Below are positions 26,716 through 36,003 of a DNA stretch of 64,000 nt, piece by piece. Position 1 is the first letter of the stretch, and every line of letters begins with the position of its first letter. The translations under genes and the position numbers were made by a program. Source of the DNA: a virus (lineage: Duplodnaviria; Caudoviricetes); the IMG/VR virus record IMGVR_UViG_3300049988_000124, positions 64,001 to 128,000 of that record. The stretch is one strand, 5' to 3'. Under the pieces are notes generated by a model that saw only the letters and a list, made by a program, of their open reading frames with translations, was not told where the DNA came from and did no database searches.

Positions 26716-28032
26716 TCAGGCAGCTTTCTTCATTCGTCCTGCCTCATATGCATCTTCAGCATCGAACAATCGCTGAAGATCAGCATCTTGCTCGCGCTGT
26801 GTCATCTTGGCTAGTCGCCACGCCCTCATCCTGGCAGCTTTCTCTTTCTTCTCCGATTCAGTGAGGGGCTTGTACTTCTTGCGCGTTTCTGGATCACGCG
26901 GTTTACGAGGAACGTAGATCTTCTCCAGTTCCTTCATCTCAGGGCGACGACGCAGGATCAGAACAGAAACTGGTCCAGCGCAATACTTCTTACCCGTCCG
27001 CTCGAACAGCAAGCGACCGCACTCACCGTACGTCCACTTGACTGGATCACTACGGCGAAGCTCAATGATCTCGTCGATGAGCTCATCGGGAAGATCTGAC
27101 TTCCACTTACGCTTGGTCTTGGTCGGCGCACGCCCCTTGGGAGCACTACGCGCATCAGCATCAGTGATCGGCGCTACCTGATCGTTGAGCCGACGAAACG
27201 TAATACCCTTAGCAGCGTAGGCGACACTCGATGGTGCGACCCGGTATTCCTTAGCAAGCTTCACCCAGTCCTTGATACCCGATGCCCGAACCCGACGCCT
27301 AATCTCTAGGACCTGCTCGTCAGTGAGAAGCTGGGGCCTACCGGGCCTAGCTGCCTGCTTGGCTGCGGTACGCTTCTTTCGCTCACCGTGGCGTGCATCA
27401 ATGAGATCAGCGCACCACGCAGCAACGCGTTCGTTGGAGATCTTCATCTTCTTGGAGATATCGTGGGTGGTGACCCCACCGGCAGCGTAGAGAGTGCGAG
27501 CCTGCTGGCGAAGCTTTTTGTTACTCTCCTCTCGCTCTTGGTTCCTCACCTGAATAAGATCAGACAACCACCGAGAAACAGAAGCACTCGACACCGGCCT
27601 TCCTGCCTTAGCCATCGTCTTCTTGATAAGGCGACAGCCAATCTTCTTCTCGGTATAGAGTCGCCGAACCTCCAAGCGCTCACTGTCTTTCTTGATGTCC
27701 AAACAAACAGGAGCTGCTTTTGAATTCAGGTGAGTGTGCGTAATACCCCGCAGTGCTTTACGAAGGGTGACATCACTCAGCTGGAGCTTGGCCATGTACT
27801 TCTTGATGTCCACCGCTTGGGACTTGGCTACCTCTAGGCGCATCTCTACGATTCCCTGGTCGATCTCCGCTGTTCGCGCATCTGCCTTCTGCCTATTTAA
27901 CGCAATGAGGTCAGGGCACCAGGCTCGTATCGTAGTTTTGGGGATACCTGTTCGCTGGCTGGTCACCACGACGTTACCGGTCTCTATGAGGACCGAACGC
28001 ACTTCCTCCAGCCTGTCGTCCATTCTACTCAT
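26716..28032 (-). CDS. Highly basic multi-HTH DNA-binding protein
   Basis: Three HTH-like units ending RAWCPDL / SRWLSDL / AAWCADL plus LTDEQVLEIRR and LPDELIDEII units. Confidence 0.6.
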   Translation of the reverse strand: MSRMDDRLEEVRSVLIETGNVVVTSQRTGIPKTTIRAWCPDLIALNRQKADARTAEIDQGIVEMRLEVAKSQAVDIKKYMAKLQLSDVTLRKALRGITHTHLNSKAAPVCLDIKKDSERLEVRRLYTEKKIGCRLIKKTMAKAGRPVSSASVSRWLSDLIQVRNQEREESNKKLRQQARTLYAAGGVTTHDISKKMKISNERVAAWCADLIDARHGERKKRTAAKQAARPGRPQLLTDEQVLEIRRRVRASGIKDWVKLAKEYRVAPSSVAYAAKGITFRRLNDQVAPITDADARSAPKGRAPTKTKRKWKSDLPDELIDEIIELRRSDPVKWTYGECGRLLFERTGKKYCAGPVSVLILRRRPEMKELEKIYVPRKPRDPETRKKYKPLTESEKKEKAARMRAWRLAKMTQREQDADLQRLFDAEDAYEAGRMKKAA

Positions 28033-28153
28033 ATCCACAACTCCCTCGAGTTTACGCAAACGCACCGGGCCATTTTGTTCTCAGGTCTCCGATGTGTTCT
28101 CGTGCGTGTGTTTTAACTAACTCTTCTTTTGTCTTTGTGGCCAAAGTAGCTAG

Positions 28154-28615
28154 CTACTTGCGATTGGGTACCATCTCTTTAACTCGCACTTCCTTCGCGG
28201 AAGAGGGAGGAATAATCTTGATGTCTATCGCGTAGAACACCACTAGGTTCGCCACGCTCCTAAATGCCGAGACGTAGCTCATGGTGTTACCAAAAACAAT
28301 GATGTTCTTGATATCGATGATCAACAAGATGTAGAACACTATCCTCATGTAAAAAGACAGGTTGCTTCCACCGCGCCATGTCTTGCCTGTTTTGTATTGA
28401 TAAACGGCAAACAGGATGGAAGCGCCAGTCAGAATGAACAACATGGTCCACATCGGATCAGTGAAGCGCATGAAGCTCATGCCAACGAGGCATTGTAAAA
28501 TAAAGAAGTGATTGGCAAATGAAAATTGGTCAAGACCTGTTACTTGACAGGCTTTAACGATGGGCGGAAAGAACAGATGCTTTCCGATCCATCCATCAAT
28601 CTTTCTGATAATCAT
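28154..28615 (-). CDS. Polytopic membrane protein
   Basis: About four hydrophobic segments; AT-rich. Confidence 0.6.
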   Translation of the reverse strand: MIIRKIDGWIGKHLFFPPIVKACQVTGLDQFSFANHFFILQCLVGMSFMRFTDPMWTMLFILTGASILFAVYQYKTGKTWRGGSNLSFYMRIVFYILLIIDIKNIIVFGNTMSYVSAFRSVANLVVFYAIDIKIIPPSSAKEVRVKEMVPNRK

Positions 28616-28680
28616 GATAGATCTTTTCCTATCCCACGCATGTGCATGGTATTTTAGTGAAATAAGACATAATTTCAAAT

Positions 28681-28712
28681 CGTGAGAGAGGGGCGATTGC
28701 CCCTCTCTCACG
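28681..28712. terminator. Intergenic hairpin
   Basis: cgtgagagaggggc-gatt-gcccctctctcacg. Confidence 0.75.
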
Positions 28713-28718
28713 CATCTG

Positions 28719-28976
28719 TTAGATGAAACGAAGAGCGATGTTCACCACCGCGAGGATGACGAGCACGACGCCGAAACCGACCACGGTGCTCTGAAGGTTA
28801 TCAATCTTGCCGCGAACCTCGTCGATCTCCTGGGCAACCGCCTCGATACCAGCAGCGATCGTCGTCTGCTGCTTGGTAATGGTCGCCAGCGTCTGATCCC
28901 AGACCTCAACCTTCTTCTGAGGGATGATGACGTTGGCAGGAGGCGTGCGCTTGGTGGGTGCTGAATTGTCAGCCAT
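28719..28976 (-). CDS. Coiled-coil protein with C-terminal TM anchor
   Basis: Heptads then VVGFGVVLVILAVVNIALRFI; GGAG RBS. Confidence 0.65.
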   Translation of the reverse strand: MADNSAPTKRTPPANVIIPQKKVEVWDQTLATITKQQTTIAAGIEAVAQEIDEVRGKIDNLQSTVVGFGVVLVILAVVNIALRFI

Positions 28977-29085
28977 GGGTATTCTCCGATGTTTAAACGT
29001 TGTTGTTCACATGTGACATGACCAGACGGATAAACAAAGTATCTGATCACATGATGTCGAAGTTAATATTGATTTTTTATTTCGA

Positions 29086-29424
29086 CTACTTTAGAGGATC
29101 ATAGCCCCAGTTCATCAGCGAATATCGCCACTTACTGTGCTCTTTGTCCTCCTTGGGCCCACCTTGCGCTGTGTGCCTTGCCACGTAGCTGACCGTGCGT
29201 TTCATCTGGTCAAAGTCGGCAGGAGTGTACTGCGACTTATTCTTGCGCAAGATAGCAGCGATGGCACGACCGGACTTGTGTCCGATCGACTCACCATTGT
29301 CACCCCGGCGTTGTCCGACCTTCTTGCTCTCGGGCGTCTTTAGAAACGCTTCAATTGCCCCAGCGGACATGTTAACCTTGCTGTGGAAATCCCGGATTAA
29401 TTGGTCGTTGTTGGTTTGCGGCAT
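29086..29424 (-). CDS. DUF3140 family protein
   Basis: VNMSAGAIEAFLKTPES...GHKSGR...WRYSLMNWGYDP. Confidence 0.8.
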   Translation of the reverse strand: MPQTNNDQLIRDFHSKVNMSAGAIEAFLKTPESKKVGQRRGDNGESIGHKSGRAIAAILRKNKSQYTPADFDQMKRTVSYVARHTAQGGPKEDKEHSKWRYSLMNWGYDPLK

Positions 29425-29469
29425 AAGCCCTTTATCCTTCCTATGTCTCCATAGGAAAGACGCGGTGAC

Positions 29470-29673
29470 TTAATTGTTAGGTAACTTACTGACTTTGCAG
29501 CGGCTGATTGTCTCCGATGCATCATCAGCCATTGCTTGAAGAATATCAAGCGAACCGTTCAGGATCTTGGTGGTATGCTCTTTGTTCTCTGGTGAAACGG
29601 GCCAGACTTTAACGAGAAGATTAATGCACCACAGTGCGATGATCTTCCTGATTTCAATGATAAGGAGTTTCAT
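29470..29673 (-). CDS. Hypothetical protein
   Basis: GAGGT RBS. Confidence 0.5.
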   Translation of the reverse strand: MKLLIIEIRKIIALWCINLLVKVWPVSPENKEHTTKILNGSLDILQAMADDASETISRCKVSKLPNN

Positions 29674-29709
29674 AACTACCTCTTGAGGAGTTTACCTGGG
29701 TGAACAGGA

Positions 29710-29976
29710 TTAAGTGGATTGGTCGTTGACACCACCGTCTCCTTTCTTGATGATCCCACTGTTCAGCATGTCCTCGATCATCGCCAAGCGACTCTTGATT
29801 TCATGAACAGCGAAAGGACCAAAGACCTCAGGAACACATCCCTCGATAGTGAGGTAGTATTTGAGTGGTTGGTTAAGCGGTTTGTTTCGCCTGACCTCGA
29901 CTCTGCGCCCGAGCGTATTACTCAGACTACGAGAGAGGCTTCCGATCAGGGATGTCGTCACTAACGTCGTTGCCAT
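29710..29976 (-). CDS. Hypothetical protein
   Basis: Probable start MATTLV after GGAG; overlaps upstream gene. Confidence 0.4.
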   Translation of the reverse strand: MATTLVTTSLIGSLSRSLSNTLGRRVEVRRNKPLNQPLKYYLTIEGCVPEVFGPFAVHEIKSRLAMIEDMLNSGIIKKGDGGVNDQST

Positions 29977-30211
29977 TGTACTTCTCCGGTAGAGGGTTCT
30001 TCTCGATGGCAATCGCCATCGCACGAGCGAGACCGAGTTTCGATTGCTGGTCAGACAGTTCCTCGATATTCTCAGGCGTCAGCCCACCGAAACCACCCCA
30101 CAGAGCAGTGTAGTCGAGGAAATCTATCGCACGCTTGAACATCAGCTCGAAATGCTCATCTCCTTCACTGAACTCACGGGCATCGCCCCGGTAGTTACTG
30201 GTGGTACCCAT
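29927..30211 (-). CDS. Hypothetical protein
   Basis: Coupled ORF. Confidence 0.5.
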   Translation of the reverse strand: MGTTSNYRGDAREFSEGDEHFELMFKRAIDFLDYTALWGGFGGLTPENIEELSDQQSKLGLARAMAIAIEKNPLPEKYNGNDVSDDIPDRKPLS

Positions 30212-30678
30212 CAGGTTGGACCTTTCTCGTCGAACTGCAAAGGTACCGTGGTTCCCTTGGGGAAGTAGAGACTCTTGACGCGGTACTCCATGTTCGGTAG
30301 GACGTACTCTACCTCCACGATCTCCTTATCCTTCACCATCTGGTTAAGGATGTTGACCGGGTCACTGGTATCATCGTTCAACCCGTTCTCGAACAAGGTG
30401 GTGATGATCTCGGTGACGAGTTCAGTTCCCTTGATGGCGGGTTTGTTGTTGACGAGGTAGGTGATCACGTCCTGCGTGGTCGCCAGGGCCAGCGAGTATA
30501 GCGTACCCTGATCTCCAGTCTGCCTACGCTTGACCTTTCCTTCTTGAACGAGTTCCAGGAGCGGAGAGGCGAGGTGCTCACCTCCTCTCAGGATCAGCTC
30601 AGCGTACCTGATTTCTCCTGAGTGTTTGAGGATGGTGAGGATCTTGTCCTTTTCCAAATCCTCAGGCGTCTTACCCAT
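30211..30678 (-). CDS. Hypothetical protein, possible winged-helix repeats
   Basis: Start MGKTPEDL after GGAG; two LxxLV.EG/DK.V/I segments. Confidence 0.5.
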   Translation of the reverse strand: MGKTPEDLEKDKILTILKHSGEIRYAELILRGGEHLASPLLELVQEGKVKRRQTGDQGTLYSLALATTQDVITYLVNNKPAIKGTELVTEIITTLFENGLNDDTSDPVNILNQMVKDKEIVEVEYVLPNMEYRVKSLYFPKGTTVPLQFDEKGPT

Positions 30679-30901
30679 CGAGTTTCTCCGTGGCGATGAT
30701 GGACACCGACAACGTCCGAAAGGTAGTTGCCAGCATCTTGCATTGCTCTGCGCTGAGTACAGCACCGGTTAGGGTACCAGCACTGAACATGCGTGAGAGC
30801 TCAAAGAATTCATCAGGGGTGGGAAGGAGGTCGACATCAAGCCGACCCTGCCTTTCCTCCATATCTCGAATGATAGCACCAATGTTCATGCCCATGATCA
30901 C
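30671..30901 (-). CDS. Hypothetical protein
   Basis: AAAGGA RBS. Confidence 0.5.
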   Translation of the reverse strand: MIMGMNIGAIIRDMEERQGRLDVDLLPTPDEFFELSRMFSAGTLTGAVLSAEQCKMLATTFRTLSVSIIATEKLDG

Positions 30902-30917
30902 GAATCCTTTCGTTGGC

Positions 30918-31949
30918 TTAGAGTTTATTCACATACCGCTGCATGTGGTCAGACGAGCAAAAGTTAATGCCGTGACTCACCATCTTGGATGACAAGAAAC
31001 GACCGCAACACTTGCAGTGTGAGGGTTTGAACTTCTGCTCTTTCACCGCGTGGGTGAGGAGCGGCATGGATTCCTGCGTTGAGTCTCCGTCGGTCTCTGC
31101 TGCTTGTACGATCAGCCAGTAAATAAACAAGCTAATCGGAAGCTCAGCGAAGTCCTTCCGGGTCATCTTCTGCTCAGCGCAGTAAGCGATGAACTCCTCC
31201 AACAGATCAGAGGCATTCAGGAACTTGTTAAAGCCCCTGGTTGCTTCTGTCCGGTAGAGTTGTCGTCCGTCCTTCTCGTCGATCTCGATGTGATCGTCGG
31301 GAAAGAGGTTGATCTTCACCCCATTGGGTAGGGTAAAGGTAGCGTGCGCGTTAGCGGTTGCAGGAATATGGATGTCACTGAAGTGACAAAAAGCCAGTGC
31401 CTCGTACAAAGAGAGCTTGTCAGAGGTGACGTCAATCACCTTCTCCCTGGCGTTGATGAACTTCTCGACGGTCATGTTGCCGTCGTGGTCGGTCTGCAGA
31501 TACGTCCCATCGGGAAGTTTCAAGGTTGCCCCTGGTCCCAAGATGTGATCAGCATCAGAGAAGTCAATCGTGCCGTAGTGGCTGACCGGTACTGGCCGCA
31601 GCTTCTCCGAGCCCTCTTGGTGACGATGTTCCACCACGGGCTTACCGTCGCGAATCTTCAGTCGTGACCCATCGGGAAGCTCGACACCGGCACCTTCCAG
31701 AATACGGCGAAGCGTGGAATGACCAGTCCCATCGCTGTGGTGCTTTATGTTGTCCTGAACGTCGCTCAAGTATTGGTTGATCAACACCACACTTTGCTGA
31801 AAAGTATTTGTTGTTGCGTTGGTGACCTTGTGAGCGTTGTTATGTATTTGGTTGACGTAGACCGTCGGACAAACAGTAGAATTGCCTGTACTGACGTGGC
31901 TGTTGGTTACCCACACCGAAGGAAGAGTATGCTTTGACTTGGTTGGCAT
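30918..31949 (-). CDS. Hypothetical protein with LP(D/N)G repeats and C-terminal Zn finger
   Basis: LPDGS, LPDGT, LPNGV; HCKCCG...FCSSDH. Confidence 0.65.
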   Translation of the reverse strand: MPTKSKHTLPSVWVTNSHVSTGNSTVCPTVYVNQIHNNAHKVTNATTNTFQQSVVLINQYLSDVQDNIKHHSDGTGHSTLRRILEGAGVELPDGSRLKIRDGKPVVEHRHQEGSEKLRPVPVSHYGTIDFSDADHILGPGATLKLPDGTYLQTDHDGNMTVEKFINAREKVIDVTSDKLSLYEALAFCHFSDIHIPATANAHATFTLPNGVKINLFPDDHIEIDEKDGRQLYRTEATRGFNKFLNASDLLEEFIAYCAEQKMTRKDFAELPISLFIYWLIVQAAETDGDSTQESMPLLTHAVKEQKFKPSHCKCCGRFLSSKMVSHGINFCSSDHMQRYVNKL

Positions 31950-31972
31950 GATACGCCTTCCGATAAGACGAT

Positions 31973-32003
31973 TAGATACAGGGGCTTGCGACCCCTGTAT
32001 CTA
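31973..32003. terminator. Intergenic hairpin
   Basis: tagatacagggg / cccctgtatcta. Confidence 0.7.
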
Positions 32004-32011
32004 GTCATGGT

Positions 32012-32350
32012 CTACCTACCTGGATTGAGCCATCTATCCCTCAAGAACGCCGATGCAGTACTAGCGACGATGGGTACCGTCTCTGACTGCCACGAATCCA
32101 CCCGCGTCACTTTGTGAGTTGGATAGCCGCTCTTGTACCGCTCGCTGGTTACCACGCCGTCCTTGATCACCCGGAAGTGGATATGACCACAGCGGGGACA
32201 CTGGATTTCATGATTACCATCGAGGTCGTGGTTGATGGTGGCGATGAACTTGTCAGGGAGTCCTTGCTCACGACATCCGTGACAGTCCATGTCGGTCCGA
32301 ATGAGACCGGAGCGCTTTAGCAGCGCACTGAGTTCACCCAGAGCAGGCAT
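32012..32350 (-). CDS. Zn-ribbon hypothetical protein
   Basis: CHGC...CPRCGHIH. Confidence 0.6.
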   Translation of the reverse strand: MPALGELSALLKRSGLIRTDMDCHGCREQGLPDKFIATINHDLDGNHEIQCPRCGHIHFRVIKDGVVTSERYKSGYPTHKVTRVDSWQSETVPIVASTASAFLRDRWLNPGR

Positions 32351-32862
32351 CAGGGACGCAGTCCGCCGACTGCATGCTTCAGCTTACCCCAGATCGTCTT
32401 CGCCGTCGAGCCGACTGGCTCCTCGGTCACGCCGGAGCGATCGAGCACGTCCTTCCTGGAGAGTGCCTCCGCCACGCGCAGCTGAAGCGACTCAGCCATC
32501 CGCTGCGCTGCTGTGAAGTTATCCCCCACGTTAGCGAGAACCGGATAGGGCCGCTCGATCTGGCGCATGACCTTGTCCCAGGGCATGGGCGTCTTGTCGT
32601 GCCAGGTCCACTTGACCGTGTCCGCCGCCTTCTTCTTGGGATCGTAGCTGAAGGTCTTCTCGAACTCCTTCAGCGGCATGGCGTGAGGGTAATAGACGGG
32701 CGAACCTGGATCCTTGAAATCATAGATCTCGTAGATCACTCGGTCGTTCTCGTCGATGTCCTTCACGTAGATGAGCGAGCCATCCTCATGCTCTGCCCAA
32801 CATCCGCGAGCAAGTTTGTCGCGGTTCTTCGGGTCTGCGCCCGGAACGGTATCAGTACTCAT
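32350..32862 (-). CDS. Hypothetical protein
   Basis: 170 aa, AAAGGGA RBS. Confidence 0.65.
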   Translation of the reverse strand: MSTDTVPGADPKNRDKLARGCWAEHEDGSLIYVKDIDENDRVIYEIYDFKDPGSPVYYPHAMPLKEFEKTFSYDPKKKAADTVKWTWHDKTPMPWDKVMRQIERPYPVLANVGDNFTAAQRMAESLQLRVAEALSRKDVLDRSGVTEEPVGSTAKTIWGKLKHAVGGLRP

Positions 32863-32872
32863 TGGAGTCCCT

Positions 32873-33439
32873 TTATGTTCGTCTAGTACCTCTTAGGATA
32901 CTTGAAACAAGTTGATGGGAAACACCAAACTCTCTGGCCAATCCACGAGTTGAATCTTTACCGACGACTCGTTGTTTTCCTGAAAGTTTAGCTTCTTGAA
33001 GAGCAACATCGTACCGACTCTTAATCAGTTCGACATCTTTTTCTAACAAAACACACGAAGTGGAAGCTTCACCTTTTGGCATGGCTTTTAATCCGGTGTC
33101 GTGAGCATGCTGAGTGTTTTCAGAAGGCGTACAAGCTTCTAAGTTTTCAAAGTTGTTTTTGGAAGTGTCACCATTTTTGTGGTTTACTTGATGACCAGTT
33201 GGTATTGGTCCGTTGTGAACCAAATGGACTAAACGGTGCTTAGAAGAGTATCTAACTACGCCGTCTTCGTCTTTGCCTTCTATTCCAATGTATCTCTTTG
33301 ATCCCTTATTTTCAAATACCCATTCTTGTTTTAGATTAGACCAAATTCTTCCTTCAGGGGTTACTTGCCAGACTCCCGTTTCGACAAGATTTAGAAAGAA
33401 GTTGTCATTCTTTCCCCAGTCCTCTGAACTGACACCCAC
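32873..33439 (-). mobile_element. Free-standing HNH homing endonuclease gene
   Basis: HRLVHLVHNGPIPTGHQVNHKNGDTSKNNFENLE...SENTQH; C-terminal HTH; AT-rich relative to neighbours. Confidence 0.85.
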
Positions 33440-33522
33440 GACAAACTAACTCACTCTACCGGTATCTGTCGCCATTGTTAGATCCCTTCTCTAAATTCCT
33501 GCACCTTTGATTGACGTCAGTA

Positions 33523-33723
33523 CTAGTTTGCGTAGACCGCCTCGATAACCTCTGCCTTACGCAAACTGATCTTAACTCGCTCGATGTGCTGTGGATTGCA
33601 ATTTCCCTTTCTCGATTCGATCTCGTTTGCCCAAGCTTCCGGATCGATGATCGACGCCACGGTCTCCTTCTTGGTGAGCGTAGGGACTTGCGCTGCTTCT
33701 TCGCGGATAGTATCCGTCGCCAT
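33523..33723 (-). CDS. Hypothetical protein
   Basis: AAGGGA RBS. Confidence 0.55.
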   Translation of the reverse strand: MATDTIREEAAQVPTLTKKETVASIIDPEAWANEIESRKGNCNPQHIERVKISLRKAEVIEAVYAN

Positions 33724-33778
33724 TGTTGAAACTCCCTTACCTCTTGTTCATAACTAGGTCAGGCTGAGGGTTTAAATT

Positions 33779-34363
33779 TCAGACCGTGACCTTCTTGGAA
33801 TCGGTTACCCGCTTCATCTCACTGTCGGAGGTGAGCTGTGGTACGGCCGCGACCTTTGTTATCCGAGCATCGAGGAAGTTAGCGATGATCCCCATGTAGG
33901 CACCAGCATCCAGCCCGAAGTACAAAGGATCCGTGAGGATAGCCTCCTGCTCTGCTCGCCGCTGATTCTCGCGTTCCTTCAGGTTGTGTGCGTGCCTGGC
34001 GGGAAGATCTTCCATCTCCTTGGGGTGGGCGATGCGGTACCGGATACCATCGAGGGTAATGAACGTAGGCTCGTAGTAGCCTGCATCCTCACCGTCACTC
34101 TCGACCCAATCACGGGTCCGCTCGACAGTGGATTCACCGCCGAGATCGATCTTGTGGATCTTGTTCTGACAGCCGTACTGGCTCTGGTACTTGAGCTGGA
34201 CCATTCCGCTCTTGATCGGCTTGATCTTCTCGATGATGATAGAACCGCTCATGTACCGGCTAGCACCGCGCATCGGATATCGACCAAGGGAAATCTTGTC
34301 ACCCTTCTGACACAGACGAAGGGGAATGTTTTCCTTGATCTTCCTGATGAGTTTCTGTTCCAT
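33779..34363 (-). CDS. Hypothetical protein
   Basis: 194 aa ORF. Confidence 0.6.
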   Translation of the reverse strand: MEQKLIRKIKENIPLRLCQKGDKISLGRYPMRGASRYMSGSIIIEKIKPIKSGMVQLKYQSQYGCQNKIHKIDLGGESTVERTRDWVESDGEDAGYYEPTFITLDGIRYRIAHPKEMEDLPARHAHNLKERENQRRAEQEAILTDPLYFGLDAGAYMGIIANFLDARITKVAAVPQLTSDSEMKRVTDSKKVTV

Positions 34364-34377
34364 GACTAAATACCTTT

Positions 34378-35640
34378 CTATTGCTGTTGTTGGTGAAGTT
34401 CCCTCTGATGTGCCTCGACCGCAGTCACCCCGCCAGCTAACAGGAGCTTACGGGTCGTAGAACCGGAGATGGGATAGAAATAAGGAAGCGAGTACGTGGA
34501 CGGATCAACGTCGAACAGTTTAGCCATACCCTCGAACTCAGGTTTTCCTCCGAAAGTGACTTCTACGATCTTGTCGAAACGTCCTGGACGACGCAGCGCT
34601 GGATCAAGCTTTTCCAGATGATTGGTCGTCGCAATGATGATCAGCCCGTCGGGGGTGAGTAGTCCGTCGATACTGTTCAGGAGCGCTGACAAGGTAATGC
34701 CGTTTGCCGTTACGCGCTTTTGTTCCGCATCCTCATCCTCATCACGCTTCAAGGGTACGCCGCTGGCGTCGATATCTTCGATCACTAGAAAAGCGGTGGA
34801 CCAGTCGATCACCCCCGACAAGAGAGAGGACAGTTCGTTCACCTTGTTCAAGGTTAGGTAGAAGATCCGCCTACCGGTCTCTGATGCAATCGCGTGAATG
34901 AGCGACGACTTACCCGTACCAGGAGGTCCTGGCAGAAGGATACCGGTGTGGTTGGGTAGACCTTTGGCTAGATTGAACTCTCGCTTGCTCTCAAAATCCC
35001 TGACGAAGTCGACCAGTTCCTGACCCAAGTTATTGGGCAGAAAGATCGTGTCAATAGAGCGAAGTGGTAGGAGAATGCTGTTGCCCCATTTGTCCTGAGG
35101 AACGTTAGCACGAACGCGGACACCTGGTTCATCGACCTGCTTTGCCTCCACGAAGGCATCCATCTCATCTTTGAAATCAGCGATCAACGCTTTGGAATTG
35201 GTGATGAAGTTACAGGTGCAATATTCCTTAAACTTCTCCGACTGATTAGCAGTATCCTGCCGCCGGTAGATGATCACCAACCTTCGCTTGTAAAAACCAA
35301 TGTGAATACCGTAGCCGATCTCGATGTTGCGACTGGCTAATTCCGTTCGTCTGCGGCCACCAGGAAGTATGGTGACTTTCTCCGTTGACGAGAAAACGTA
35401 GTTGCGACTGAACCGATCACTGATGATCGTGTTGGTGATATACTCCATCGCCTCAGTAAAGATCAGCTGATCACTGTTGAAGCGCACCGTGAGTGTGGAC
35501 CGCCGTTTAATCCACAACCAGATGCGTAACGGAATTTGTCTGATGGTGTAGGTGATTAGGGCTGCGGGCATCGCCAGAATAGCCGCTGAGGCGAACTGAT
35601 TCGTCTTCAGCTGCGTGACGATGAAATCCCATAAACTCAT
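34378..35640 (-). CDS. BCS1-like membrane-anchored AAA+ ATPase
   Basis: N-terminal TM; GPPGTGKS; VIEDID; LSALLNSIDG; TTNHLEKLDPALRRPGRFD. Confidence 0.85.
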   Translation of the reverse strand: MSLWDFIVTQLKTNQFASAAILAMPAALITYTIRQIPLRIWLWIKRRSTLTVRFNSDQLIFTEAMEYITNTIISDRFSRNYVFSSTEKVTILPGGRRRTELASRNIEIGYGIHIGFYKRRLVIIYRRQDTANQSEKFKEYCTCNFITNSKALIADFKDEMDAFVEAKQVDEPGVRVRANVPQDKWGNSILLPLRSIDTIFLPNNLGQELVDFVRDFESKREFNLAKGLPNHTGILLPGPPGTGKSSLIHAIASETGRRIFYLTLNKVNELSSLLSGVIDWSTAFLVIEDIDASGVPLKRDEDEDAEQKRVTANGITLSALLNSIDGLLTPDGLIIIATTNHLEKLDPALRRPGRFDKIVEVTFGGKPEFEGMAKLFDVDPSTYSLPYFYPISGSTTRKLLLAGGVTAVEAHQRELHQQQQ

Positions 35641-35655
35641 GGAGTCCTCCTTTAT

Positions 35656-36003
35656 CTAGAACTCGTTGTAAGACTCGTCGCCGATGGTTTCACGAGTAAA
35701 GACCACCGGGACGCGTGCTGCAAAGGATTCACCGTATACCTGGTAGAGATAGTGCCAGAATAGCAAGAGATCTTGACCACGCCTGGCCCAGAGTGATCCG
35801 CAGTGGTAGCGGAACATCTCAGGGTTATAGCTCTCAAGATGTGCCTTTACCTTGTCGACGTAGTCGAGGTCATCGGTCTCAGCGGCTTCATCACAGTACA
35901 CCACATCACTATTAGTAAGCATTGCAGCAGACGTAATAAAGTCTTTTATCTCTGGCACCCTCTCGATGTTGGCAACACACCGGTAGTATTTGTCGTGGCG
36001 CAT
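35656..36003 (-). CDS. Hypothetical protein
   Basis: TAATG-coupled ORF. Confidence 0.55.
   Translation of the reverse strand: MRHDKYYRCVANIERVPEIKDFITSAAMLTNSDVVYCDEAAETDDLDYVDKVKAHLESYNPEMFRYHCGSLWARRGQDLLLFWHYLYQVYGESFAARVPVVFTRETIGDESYNEF

Noticed and set aside
29470-29485. TTAA-N7-GTAAC near-match CtrA box upstream of DUF3140 gene
   Set aside because: One-mismatch hits are expected many times by chance in 64 kb, and it overlaps a stop codon. No perfect box was seen by eye; a computed scan is needed
33446-33448. Genome-wide TAG recoding suggested by the in-frame TAG before the HNH
   Set aside because: Other genes end cleanly at TAG (e.g. 4125, 25871) and long ORFs are intact in the standard code
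32863-33522. Group I intron around the HNH gene
   Set aside because: Flanking ORFs are complete with own starts and stops, and there is too little non-coding sequence for an intron core
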